Positions 37,105 through 49,899 are shown, counted from the stretch's first letter. The stretch: 64,000 nucleotides of DNA from Octopus sinensis (GCF_006345805.1 NC_043010.1:5704001-5768000); one strand, 5' to 3'. The notes: generated by a model from the sequence alone, not told the origin. Numbers and translations: made by a program.

Positions 37105-37945
37105 AAGATATTAAGGCTAATTAGAAGATAGAGTACTTGAAAAAGAAATATTAACAATATTAAAGTTTGTGTAAAAACGTTATTTGGGTAAAAACGTTAT
37201 TTATCTTAAGGCTAATTAGGGGATAGAGTATCTGAAAATGTATTAGCAATATTAATATATATATAGAGTGTGGATAAAAACGTTGTTTAATCTTAAGGCT
37301 AATTAGGAGATAGAGTATCTGAAAATATATTAGCAATATTAATATTATATTAGAGTGTGGGTTAAAAAAAAAAAAAAAAAAAAAAAACGTATTTAATCTT
37401 AAGGCTAATTAGGGGATAGAGTATCTGAAAATATATTAGCAATATTAATATTATATTAGAGTGTGGATAAAAACGTTATTTAATCTTAAGGCTAATCAGG
37501 AGATAGAGTATCTGAAAATATATTAGCAATGTTAATATTATATTAGAGTGTGGGTAATATTAAACGTTATTTAATTTAATCTTAAGGCTAATTAGAAGAT
37601 AGAGTATCTGAAGAATTATTAACAATATTAAAACAATATTAAACGTTATTTAATTTAATCTTAAGGCTAATTAACAGTAATTATTAACAATATTAAACAA
37701 TGTTAAACGTTATTTAATTTAATCCTAAGGCTAATTAACAATAATTATTAACAATATTAAACGTTATTTAATTTAATCTAAGGCTAATTAGACGTTTTTA
37801 ATATTAAACGTTATTTAATTTAATCTTAAGGCTAATTAGAAGATAGAGTATCTGAAAAATTATTAACAATATTAAAACAATATTAAACGTTATTTAATTT
37901 AATCTTAAGGCTAATTAACAATAATTATTAACAATATTAAACAAT
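37105..37945. repeat. AT-rich tandem array at the LINE 5' end, about 11 units of 45-105 bp
   Basis: TAAGGCTAAT core recurs near 37111, 37207, 37294, 37399, 37487, 37582, 37661, 37726, 37779, 37827, 37905. Confidence 0.92.
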
Positions 37946-38420
37946 ATATATATGTAGTCTATATTTATATTTATATTTACTTATATTTATTATTCTATTT
38001 TACATATTGTATTATTATATAACATACTCCTTTATGTACAGTTTTTTTCTACATTATTATGTTTGACCTTAAAGTTTCTTATGTGGTGGTTTAATAAAGT
38101 ATGTGATTGGGTACTAATCTGGTAATTGATATTTGATTTGGATGTATTTCTCCATTTTCTTATTTTGTATTATGAATTTGTGGTAAAACATTTTACCTTT
38201 GCCCATATAATACAGTAAATGAATTAATTGCATTGTAATTCTTAACATTTATGTATTAACTTTGTTGGGTACTTCACTAGCAGTATATTGGATATTTGTT
38301 ATCCCATGGAGGGTTGCATTTACAACCCCTATCTCAATTTGTATATATATATATATATATTTGATTTGCCTAATAGTGGTTTTATCTCTAATTTAATATA
38401 ACATATATATATATATATAT

Positions 38421-38725
38421 TTTGCACCCTTTTCAAGCCTAGCCAGACTCATGGGGTCGGTTTCCTGGTTTCTGTAGTGTATGTGTTCCCCCCAGCTGGA
38501 CGGGACACCAGTCCATTGCAGCATTACTCAAGAAACAGGAAGAGAGAGTGAGAGAAAGTTGTGGCAAAAGAGTGCAACAGGGGTCACCACCACCTCCTGC
38601 CGGAGCCTCATGGAGCTTTAGGTGTTTTTGCTCAATAAACACATACAACACCCAGTCTGGGAATCAAGACCACATTCCTCCGACCATGAGTCCGCTGCCC
38701 TAACCACTAGGCCATTGCGCCTCGA
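38421..38725 (-). mobile_element. SINE family D, longer variant
   Basis: Minus-strand TGGCCTAGTGG head, ATGGACTGGTGTCCCGTCCAG, tail GGCTAGGCTTGAAAAGGGTGCAA. Confidence 0.78.
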
Positions 38726-39202
38726 TATATTTATATATACATAACTATATATAACTACAGATACATAAGTACTCACAAAACATGCACACACACACACACT
38801 TGCGCACATGCATGCACACGCACACATACACCCACACATGCATATATATATCTGCATGTATGAATGTATGATATATGTATGTTGGTAGGTAGGTATGTAA
38901 ATATATATGTGCTGCAGAGAGCATTTATTTTTACAAGGGCAAAACGCTGATAGAGACTTGTGAAAAACACATTACTCTACTTCAAATATTTGTTCAAATT
39001 TGGTCATACTTATGTATATTTATACACATTGCATCAATACAAACATATATGTGTGTGTGTGACCACGTGCATTCACACATGCATAAATATGGATGCATAT
39101 ATCTATCTGTCTTTTTTCTATCTCTTTCTCTCTCTATGTATGTATGTGTGCATGTATCAAATCAGCTATATATGTACATATATAAATAGAGAGGCTGGTA
39201 GG

Positions 39203-39266
<64 letters not shown>

Positions 39267-39274
39267 TAATTATA

Positions 39275-39311
<37 letters not shown>

Positions 39312-39561
39312 GTATATATATATATGTTTATATATATATATATATGTATATATATATAAATATGTATATATATATATATATACACACACAACACATCACA
39401 CACAACTCATTATTCCTATAGACATGTTATGTAAACAAATTCATTCAGAGACTCTTACATTTGTTCAAGAGCTGCATGTGTGTACATGAAAGCATAAACT
39501 CGTGTGTGCACCTGTTGCTATAAAATGATGAATCCTTTCTTTTTTTTATGCAATAAAATAC

Positions 39562-39595
39562 CTGAAGAACATGTTGCAAAAACAAAAAAATAATT
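39562..39595 (-). CDS. Weak candidate exon
   Basis: Very strong acceptor ttttcttctttttattgcag, donor CAG|GTATTT. The peptide is low complexity (NYFFVFATCSS or IIFLFLQHVLQ). Confidence 0.22.
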
Positions 39596-39906
39596 CTGCA
39601 ATAAAAAGAAGAAAAAAAAAAAAACAAGACTGGCAACGAAGAATTTGAAACGTGGTTTATTCCATAATTTAGAACAGAAATATTTCAGAAAAATATATTT
39701 AAGTGTTTGTATTTGAGGTACCGAATGTATTTAATAGCATTGCTTTTCATATAACCAAAAGAAATTCCGTGTTTTAACTAACATTGTACATACATACTCA
39801 GAAAACATTTCGCATATTATGCTATTCTTAATAAACTTAAAGACAACATACGTGGACACATAATTATATTAATTGTATACAAATATAATTATTGAATACG
39901 AGCATA

Positions 39907-40150
39907 CAGTAACCCTTCGACTATCGTGGGTGTTACATTCTAAAACACCCCATGATAGGTGAAAATCTGCAAAGTAGAGACAATACTGTATAGTCTTTTT
40001 TTCATTATCTTTATAATTGGTATATTTTTTTTTTATTATAAATGCAAAACAACACCACGGAGGAATCAGTGTAAGCTTAAATAATAAACTGCAATAGGTG
40101 AACCATGATAGGTGAACTGCAATATAGCGAGGGATTATGTATATATATAT

Positions 40151-40200
<50 letters not shown>

Positions 40201-40269
40201 TAAATATATAAATTGCAATGATAATCTGGAACCACAATAAGTGAACTGCAATATAGCAAGGGATTACTG
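39907..40269. mobile_element. pogo/Tigger-like MITE with two right ends
   Basis: TA-CAGTAACCCTTCG left end; AATATAGCGAGGGATTA near 40121-40137 and AATATAGCAAGGGATTACTG-TA ending at 40269. Confidence 0.65.
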
Positions 40270-40282
40270 TATATATATATAT

Positions 40283-40668
40283 AATTTCAACAATTGAGGG
40301 TAAAATTAATTAATTAATCAATTTCACCAAGTATTCAGTATGCAAGGGACCAATTAAGGCGAATTCAAATTATTACATTATATAAAAGGGCTTAGTAAAA
40401 TAAATTACTTTGCCGCATACTGAACTCATTAGAAATAGCAGCTAAAAAAAACTTTTTTAAAGCTATTTCTAATACTTAAAGAAAACCTCTCTCATATAGT
40501 GTTTGCTCAATTCAACTCACTTTCGTGAGTTGAATTGAGCAAACACTATATGAGAGAGGTTTTCTTTAAGTATTAGAAATAGCTTTAAAAAAGTTTTTTT
40601 TAGCTGCTATTTCTAATGAGTTCAGTATGCGGCAAAGTAATTTATTTTACTAAGCCCTTTTATATAAT
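40283..40668. mobile_element. Unclassified fold-back element, copy 2 (144 bp perfect palindrome arms)
   Basis: 40377-40520 is the exact reverse complement of 40525-40668; spacer TTTC. Confidence 0.95.
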
Positions 40669-40684
40669 ATATATATAATATATA

Positions 40685-40730
<46 letters not shown>

Positions 40731-40909
40731 TGGAGTAAACAGATAAATGTGAAACAAGGTGGAAAAAAGAGTACTCAAATTCCAGTGGTAGAGTAATATG
40801 CTTTATTTAAAAGCAGCAGAAAATTCAACAAGACCTGTTACTCTGAGTTTCACGTCCCCATTCGTCGAACAGTTTTTGCTAGAATAAAACCGATATGCTT
40901 TTAAATAAA

Positions 40910-40949
<40 letters not shown>

Positions 40950-40979
40950 TATATTATATATATATAATATATATATATA

Positions 40980-41150
40980 TACAGTAAATATATAAATTGC
41001 AAAGATAATCTGGAACTCGACTGAGGATAGGAAACTCCGAATGATCCGTCCTTGTTTTCCTTGTATCGTCTGTCTGGATATTTTGTTCTCCCTTTTTTTT
41101 TGTTTCACCTAACTGTCTGGATGTGTTGTGTTCTTGTCCTATTTTTGTAT
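40980..41150 (+). mobile_element. Penelope-like fragment with decayed hammerhead-like motif
   Basis: CTGAGGATAGGAAACTCCGAATG at 41021-41043. Its first 35 bp also occur at 40197. Confidence 0.4.
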
Positions 41151-41160
41151 TATATATGTA

Positions 41161-41465
41161 TACTAGCAATATCGCCCGGCCTTGTTCGGGTTTGTAAGGG
41201 AAATAACTATGTAAGAATTTTTAGAGAGTTACTTCCCTTATATAATAGCAAAAAAAGGCATTAAAAATGGGAAAAATTGATGGTAAATTTTTTTTTAAAT
41301 CGTAGACTCATCGTAGACGCGTGCTAATACCCAGAAGGGCTCGATATGAATCACAACTATAAGATACCCGCTTTTGGTTAAACTGCACCACAAAATGTGG
41401 GAGTAGTTAGGAATCTAAATCGTAGGAGACAGACAGCACGCAACCTTACTGTTATATATAAAGAT
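41161..41465 (+). mobile_element. Helitron/Helentron-like non-autonomous element (Lep1/DINE-like)
   Basis: 5' TACTAGC..CGCCCGGCCTTGTTCGGG hairpin; subterminal GACAGACAG; 3' TTATATATAAAGAT. Confidence 0.55.
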
Positions 41466-41569
41466 ATATATATATATATGTATATATGTACATATATGTA
41501 TGTATATATGCATATATATTATTTATATGTGTGTGTATATATATATATATACATATATATAGTTAATCC

Positions 41570-41755
41570 AAACAAGAAAACACAAAAAAACACAACAACC
41601 CGAGGACGTGGAACAAATATAGTATTATTAGATGCTCAAGAAGGAAGGGAAGAAGGAGGGTTTAACGTTTCGAGCGGAGCTCTTCGGCGGAAACATAGGA
41701 GAAGGAAAGATCCAGAGAAGGGAAGACAGAGGAAAAAAATCGCCAACAGTACACA
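41570..41755 (-). mobile_element. Penelope-like pseudo-LTR fragment
   Basis: Reverse copy of 22700-22900. Confidence 0.6.
41660..41694 (-). ncRNA. Minimal hammerhead ribozyme-like motif, variant core
   Basis: GTTT-CCGCCGAA-GAGC tcc GCTC-GAAAC-GTT-AAAC. Confidence 0.55.
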
Positions 41756-41847
41756 TTATTTATATGTGTGTGTATATATATATATATATATGTAATGGAA
41801 TAATTGCTATGAAATATTCTGTAGAATATATTGTATAAAAGCTTGTG

Positions 41848-42183
41848 GGTAAGGCCAAAACAATACGAAGTAAATGCAAAATAAATCACAAGAAAACAAA
41901 TATGTGAATTAACGTAGACTTACTTTGTATTCAATATTTTGGGGTTATGACCCCATTTTCAAGAAATTGACCAATGTTGCCGATGTGCATGTGTGTGAAA
42001 TTGCCAAACATTGCCAATATGCGTGTGTGTGAGATCACACACGAACATCGGCAACATTCATCAATTTCTTGAAAATGGGGTCATAACCCCGAAATATTGA
42101 ATACAAGGTAAGTCTACATTAATTCAAATATTTGTTTTCTTGTGATTTACCTTCTTTTTACTTCACATTGTTTTGGCCTTACC
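41848..42183. repeat. Inverted repeat, arms about 150 bp (foldback/MITE-like)
   Basis: GGTAAGGCCAAAACAAT...GGGGTTATGACCCCATTTTCAAGAAATTGA...AATGTTGCCGATGT is mirrored at 42035-42183. Confidence 0.93.
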
Positions 42184-42190
42184 AATGATC

Positions 42191-42225
<35 letters not shown>

Positions 42226-43029
42226 CACACAATTCATATTTTAATCATCATCATCTTTTAATGGATGCTTTCCATGCTGGCATGGATATATATATGTATA
42301 TATATGTACGCATGCATATATATATATATATATATATATATGCATGTATGTATGTGTGTGTATTTGTGTATGTATACATATGTTACATATATGTGTGTAG
42401 ATATATATTATATCTATATATATCCACATACGCAAAATTATTTTATATATGTGTATATATACATATATAGATATATGAAGGTATACACACACACACATAT
42501 AGATATATACATATGTAAGTTCCAACAGCTATATGTTCAAATACACTTACAAGCAATATTCTTTAGCTTATTTGGTTCATCAAATTAAGTAGAACAGGTG
42601 CATTTAAAAAAAAAAAGCAAAAAACATTGAACATGAAAGACAATGTGGCTTTGAAACCATTGTCTTTAAAAGTAACATAACTGCAGAAAGTATTCTACCT
42701 ATGCTACCCTGTATCAATTGGTGCTTGTACCCTGGCTGCTTCAGATAGTGGAGGACAATTGCTGTGCTGATGAGGCCTGTTGTGGCAGGAACATGTAACC
42801 ACAGCTGTCCTCTTTCTTCCAAGCAACAAGCCAGCCCCTTTCCTTTATAGCATATCAACTTTGGAGAATTTTTTATTTCTTGAAATCATTTCCCCTTCTC
42901 AAGTGGAGCTGTTCTCAGTTGCCAATTGCAATTGTTACCTCATCCTCTAAAGGTGGAGATAATTTCAATAAATCAAGTATTTATGTTGGGAGGCCTTTGA
43001 TACCTCTGTATCTACCTGTCTAACTATCT

Positions 43030-43031
43030 AT

Positions 43032-43063
<32 letters not shown>

Positions 43064-43545
43064 ATGTATGTATGTATGTATGTATGTATGTATGTATGTA
43101 TGTCTGTATGTATGTATGTTTGTATGTATGTATGTATGTATGTATGTATGTATGTATGTATGTATGTTGTATGTATGTATGTATGTATGTATGTATGTAT
43201 GTATGTATGTATGTATGTATGTGTGTATGTATGTATGTATGTATGTATGTATGTATTATGTATGTATGTATGTGTGTGTATGTATGTATGCATGCATGTA
43301 TGTATGTATGTATGTGTGTGTATGTGTGTATGTATTATGTATGTATGTATGTATGTATGTATGCATGCATGCATGTATGCATGTATGTATGTATGTATGT
43401 AGTATGTATGTATGTGTATGTATGTATGTATGTATGTATGTATGTATGTATGTATGTGTGTTGTGTGTATGTATGTATGTAGTATGTATGTAGTATGTAT
43501 GTGTATATGTATGTATGTATGCATGCATGTCTGTATGTATGTATG

Positions 43546-43584
<39 letters not shown>

Positions 43585-43730
43585 TGTATGTATATGTATG
43601 TATGTATGTATGTAATGTATGTATGTATGTATGTATGTCTGTATGTATGTATGTATGTCTGCATGTATGCATGTATGCATGTATGTATGTATGTATGTAA
43701 TGCATGTATGTAATGTATGTATGTATATGT
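43030..43730. repeat. (ATGT)n microsatellite, about 700 bp
   Basis: Direct observation. Confidence 0.97.
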
Positions 43731-44062
43731 ATCTGATGGTTATATGTATATCCAACATATCCAACTATTAATCTTCTACATGTTTTTCTCTGCAGCTCTT
43801 TCACTCAATTTCCCATCTCTAAACCACTCTTCTGCTCCCACTAACAGTGATGCTGATATCAAATTGCTTAGTGACATCATAACGAAAAGAAGACGAGTAC
43901 AGACTTATTCAGACTGACAGAAATGTCCATTCAGTTTACTTTACATATGATATGAGAAACATATACAAGACCGCTATATAATGCTTGTATTGAGAACTAT
44001 TGCATTCTTTCTTGTGGTTTATGCCACAAATTTAATAAAACTGACATACATTCTATATACAT

Positions 44063-44098
<36 letters not shown>

Positions 44099-44239
44099 AT
44101 ATTAAATTAGAGACAAAACCACTATTAGGCAAATCAAACAATGAAAAACTTAATCCAATACATAATATTATTTAATTTATATTATTTAAATATATAACAA
44201 AATTATTAAAAAAATATAATTAATATCACACTATAATTA

Positions 44240-44276
<37 letters not shown>

Positions 44277-44279
44277 CTC

Positions 44280-44323
<44 letters not shown>

Positions 44324-46835
44324 ACACACACACACACACAAACATATGAACATATTAAATGATGACAATGTCAACAATGTATTTCCCACTTTCGTAAAGA
44401 AGCCCCAATGAAGAGACTTCTAAGTTGTTTCTGTTTACTCTTAGAAATTGTGTATGCAAACAGAGTGAGAGAGAGGAGATGTGGTCTTAGCAAAGTCAAT
44501 CAATCAAAGAGAGTAGCAACTCTGAACAAAAACTGAAATATTGTAGAAGGGGATACTTCAATACTCTCAAACAATGTCTCATATTCTATTGGCACAGTAT
44601 AAGGCATAGAGTTCAAACAGTAGGCATGGTTTGTGATAGGAATGACATCTAACTGTTTAAAAATATAATGCTAAAAACATGAGACCAAGAACCCCTAATT
44701 CAGAAAATACCAACATGAAGCAGTGGTGAACAAGCTCACTGACTATTCATGCTGCCAGCATCTGTTTTGACCCTGTTTTTTTCTGTATATCACTAACAGG
44801 GAGATGAGATGCTGCTATCTCTAGTGGTCAAGCATCCATCATTGACAAGACCAAAGGAGGTTGAAATCACATGATCTGGTGGTCTCAGCACTGGAAATGG
44901 TGGGGATTCATCTCTCCACTAGTAATATAGACAAGCATACATTTTGCACCAAAAGTCAATATAAGAGTTTCTCTCATGGTATCTACCGCAGTGTAGTTTG
45001 TTCCAACAGAACATCCACATTTAGCTCGGGATAAATATTAGCTCTCAATATACATAAATAGGATCTTTTCCATTTGGCTTTCAATTTCAATTTCTGCTCG
45101 AATTGATTTCATATTCAATGTAATGATACACTTTAATATGCTAATCAATGTCATGAAAATCATTTTTACAATAAATCAATAAATAAAGAGTTCTTAGCGA
45201 TTAAAGTTTGAAAATTTAGGGTAATTTTAGCCAGTCGTGAGACACAAATTCATTCATGCCTGTTTCCATAGTAACAAGCTGAACATGAGAACTCTTTTGT
45301 CTGCAAGAAAGCATGTCCTGACAAATATATTGAAACCACTTGTTGATACTGTGTTCTACTGTTTTACCCACCAAAATCTATATCGAATGCTTAAACGTTT
45401 GTTTTTTTTTAAATATTTAATTTGTAATGTGCTATTTATTGCATTAAATGCATATTGAATGCTTAAAACTACAAAAGTCATGTTGTTTACTCATTTTTTA
45501 CGTGTAGAATACAAACATTGACAACATGTGCTATTTTCAGGATGTTGACAAAATGGGCTTCCAAATCCTGTTTCCCGACTGGGTGAAAATCATCCCAATT
45601 TAAACCTCTATAATATTTTTTAAAATTTTTCTGAGAAAAGTGAAATAACTCCAGCAATTCAGCTTGGAAAACTACATTAATGTACCAAATTTTAAAATTT
45701 TGGATAAACTTTAATTTTTGAAACCTTGGCAGCCAAACAGAAAGCATCCCATAAATATATGCACTTCTGAAAAATTAATAATGAGAAGATAACAGTTTAC
45801 CATAAAAGAAAACACGCTATAAATTCTGGATTAATTCGTGGATATTTCAACCTTTTGTGTCAATATTTCTAATGAAATACACCAGCAATATGTTTTATAA
45901 TTAACTTTGAAAATAATCAAGGATTTGGAAGGATTCAGGGAAATAATTTCGTTATTATAAAGCTGATGCTTTGAACATAAACTTAATAAGGAATTCCTTA
46001 CATAAAATTAAGATGGAAAGTTTTCATCTAAATGTGAATGCTTCAAAACAGGAAGCTCTGTATCATAAAATCAGGGGTGATATCAGGCAGATTAATATCA
46101 AAAGGATTAATGATGTATTTGGATACAGTTCTTTGACTACTTGTATTCAAGTCCTTTAATAAGGAAGTGACTGACAGTCTGTTTCCTGTCTTATAGTTTA
46201 ATTTCTTAAACTTATGAAATTTTTAGATTGTTACTTGATTTACATAAAACTGCAGCCAAATTTCAACCAAATCACATCCAACTATCTTAGAATAATTTCC
46301 CTTTCATAATACATCTGTTCAGCTAAAATTGGTCTAGAATTTAACTGTCACAAAAAACTTAGAGCCTAATTTTTTTTCTACTGAATCTCATTTTAAATTT
46401 TTATTGCTAACTCTATTTTAAAATTCATGAAATATAAACTGCTATAAAAAAAAAACCCTTGTTAGATTCTTTTGAATATGAGTCTATCTTCCTCGTCCTT
46501 CAGATCATCATCATCATCATCAACATCATCTACATCATTGTTATTGGCATCGTTTTGATGTCCACTTTTCCATGTTGGCATGGGTTAGACAGAATTTGCT
46601 GAGACAGATTTTCTGCAGTAGGATACTCTTCATGTCACCGACCCTCACCTGTTTCCAAGTAATATGATACTTCCCCATGACCAGGCATGTTTTCACAGGA
46701 TATTGGAAATCAAGGACACTACTTCCATTGTGGTGAGACTGGTTTGCAAGAATCACACACACACACATGCATGCACACATCCATCCATACATACACACAC
46801 GTTTATATGTATCTGTGTTTGTGTGTATGTATGTG

Positions 46836-46904
<69 letters not shown>

Positions 46905-46914
46905 CATATATATA

Positions 46915-47210
46915 TCATCATTATCATCATCATCATCATCATTTAACGTCCGTTCTCCATGCTAGCATGGGTTGGACGGTTTGACCGGGGATCTGGGAAG
47001 CCAGAAGGCTGCACCAGGCTCCAGTCTGATCTGGCAGTGTTTCTACAGCTGGATGCCCTTCCTAACGCCAACCACTCCGTGAGTGTAGTGGGTGCTTTTT
47101 ACGTGCCACCGGCACAGGTGCCAGGCGAGGCTGGCAATGGCCACGATCGGATTGGTGCATTTTACGTGTCACCGCCACAGAAGCCAGTCGAGGCAGCGCT
47201 GGCATCGGCC
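46915..47210 (-). mobile_element. Family C repeat
   Basis: Reverse complement, (ATG)n tail. Confidence 0.88.
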
Positions 47211-48053
47211 TGATATATATATATATATATCATGTATGTGTCTTTAGATATATATATATATATTACGTGTGTGTGTGTATATCTGTAGATGGATAGGTAG
47301 ACACATATACACACACATGCACATGTATACATACATAATATATGCATATGTGTGTATCAGTACTCATATTCTCTATTCTTTCCCTCTTTTGTCCAGATTC
47401 TCTCTCCACCATCATCTTCTATTCTATTCACATTATTAGTAATGTTTGCCTTAAACAGAGACAAAAAGCCTCTTTCATTTTGCAAAGGGGCATGCTACTT
47501 TTCTGGTGCAGATTCACAATAATATGCATCCAGTAAAGTGGTTGGTGAATGAAGCAATGAAGTAGGTTGGATAAGACACCACAGTATTGTTCAGGGTTAT
47601 GACAACATTTTTTCAGTGCTGGTACCATGTTGAAATGCATCCAGTATAATTAGTAGTGTAAAGGGCATGCAAATATAGGAACCATGCCAAAATGGAGTAT
47701 GTGTGGTCCTCCAACCTCTCTAGGAGGTAATTACAAACAACAAGAGTGTACTTGGGTTATGACAACCTACCCAAACTATGCCAATGTGGAATGTAGACAG
47801 CCGATGATAATGATGCATGCGTATATTATATAATATACATGCACACATGAAACCTCCTCATATATATATATATACATATATATAACTAAAGAATTACACA
47901 GTCATGTGTGTGCATGTCTAAAGAGGAAATAGCTAAATGAAATGACACCGTCCCCCACTCAGTTATACATTACATTGTTCTATTTGTATTATTCAATTTT
48001 CCTTATATATATATATATATATATGTATATACATGTATATATATTTATATATG

Positions 48054-48875
48054 TACAGGGTGTAATGGGTAAACTGTCACCATTTTATATCTTTAGTTTC
48101 ACACGTGCACATTGTTTGTTTTGATTTTGTTGACTGCACCATATTGTAGAGTCAGTTGGGCACTGTCTGTGAGAAAAACAGCACCATGACGTAATTCACT
48201 CTGCCAGAAATTTGGAAACAACATGTTGTACTGGTTGGCACTCATGCTGGAAGCTCCAATACGAACAGATGGTGAACACACAGCACAACCATTGGCTTGC
48301 TGTGTCCCTAAAACATGTACCGAGAGTGAAAAAATCAAACAACCTGTCAACATCATGGCGTTTGGAGTGATCACTAGTGATAGCAACGTTATGCTTCCAT
48401 TCCTCTTACCACATGGCCTCACACTCAACACAGAGACTTACATCAAGAGCCTGGAGGAGGTAGTGCTACCCTGGGTCAAGTGGGTAGCTGCTGGAAGACC
48501 TTGCACCACATAAGCAGGAGAACCTAGTCATGGCTGTCAGACAATTTCTGCAACCACATCACCCCTAACATCTGGCCACCTAACTCCCCAGACTTGCAAC
48601 CCCCTTGATTATTATGTGTGGGGCACAGTTGAGTGAGAGACCAACAAACTCCTTGTAACACCAAAGATGGACTGAAAGCAAGGATTAAGGCAGCATTCAC
48701 CAACTTCAACAAGGAGACCATCCAGAAGAGTTGCAGAAGATTCTGAAGTCGTCTGGAGGCCATGGTTGAAGCCAATGACGATTTTATTGAATAAATTTAC
48801 TCTTTAGTATTTCAAGATGTGGCTGTGTGGTAAGTAGCTTGCTTGCCAACCACAGGGTCTTCACTGCACCCTGTA
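48054..48875 (+). mobile_element. Internally deleted Tc1/mariner (maT/DD37D-like) transposon
   Basis: TA-CAGGGTG ... CACCCTG-TA ends; KQPVNIMAFGVITSD..VM.PF..PHGL.LNTE.YIK.LEEVVLPW; WPPNSPD..PLDYYVWG; LEAMVEAN.DFIE-stop. Confidence 0.82.
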
Positions 48876-49355
48876 TATAGACAACTGGCTTTTTCAGTTT
48901 CCTTTTCCCAAATTCATGCACATGGTTTTAGCCAGCCCATGACCATAGCAGAGGGCAGTTACTCAAGATGCTATGGAAAGGGATTGAACTCAGAACCACA
49001 CAGCCATGCCTGCACCTATATATATATATATATTCTTTTATTTGTTTCGGTCATTTGACTGTGGCCATGCAGGAGCACTGCCTTTAGTCAAACAAATTGA
49101 CCCCAGGACTTATTCTTTGTAAGCCTAGAACTTATTCTATTGGTTCATTTTGCTGAACTGCTAAGTTATGGGGACATAAACACACCAAGTCGATTATATC
49201 GATCCCAGTATGTAACTGGTACTTATTTAATCGACCCTGAAAAGATAAAAAGCAAAGTCGACTTTGGTGGAATTTGAACTCAGAACGTAATGGCAAACGA
49301 AATACCACTAAGCATTTCGCCTGGTGTGCAAACGTTTCAGCCAGCTTGCCACCTT
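48875..49355 (-). mobile_element. Cluster of family A fragments and one family B SINE
   Basis: A head at 48875-49020, A tail at 49030-49190, B at 49190-49355. Confidence 0.75.
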
Positions 49356-49899
49356 TGAGGAAGTTTCTCTGCTACTTCTAGCTAAATGAATGACCACATA
49401 GCAGCTACTTCATGTGAATTATTGGATTTTTCATGACAATTTGTCGCAGGTCATATGACCACAAAGAGTTTACTTTTTTTCATTGGTTCAAAAGAATACC
49501 TTCTTCGTTAACATTTAGAAGGTGATAACGGCTAATTTCTTTTAGTGAGATCCTTCGAGCTTAAATATGAGAGACAGAGAGAGAGAGAGTGGGGAAGAGG
49601 GAAGGTGACAGAGAGAGACATTATACTAATTACATCAATTAACGATGAATAAATAATGATAATGATTTCTTTTGAATAATAAATATAACAATAACAACAA
49701 CAACAATAATGATAAAAACAATAAAGATGATGATGATGATGATGATTACAATGATGATGATGGCAATGATAAAGGGGTGTTAGATGAAGAGGACATTATA
49801 AAAATCAGGTAACATAAAGTATTAGGGTTTCTATAAAATGGAACGAAGCGGTGGAAGTAGAAGAAAAATAAAATCATCATTATCATCATAAAAACAGAA

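Larger units (their letters stand above)
33123..37110 (-). mobile_element. Near full-length CR1/L2-group (Jockey superfamily) LINE, decayed
   Basis: ORF1 remnant, APE endonuclease and RT motifs in order; 3' UTR with hairpin; (CAAT)n tail. Confidence 0.93.

Noticed and set aside
37105-37945. CRISPR-like appearance of a conserved core with variable intervals
   Set aside because: The intervals are homologous to each other rather than unique spacers; eukaryotic context; no cas genes.
40610-40645. CTAATGAG as a hammerhead core within the fold-back element
   Set aside because: G5 is missing, and there is no stem II or GAAA strand.
44650-45060. Possible ancient mariner N-terminal remnant on the minus strand
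   Set aside because: Only scattered residues match; no TIR; not supportable without a search.
45212-45602. Degenerate terminal inverted repeats
   Set aside because: About 30 bp of low similarity with no TSD; could be chance.
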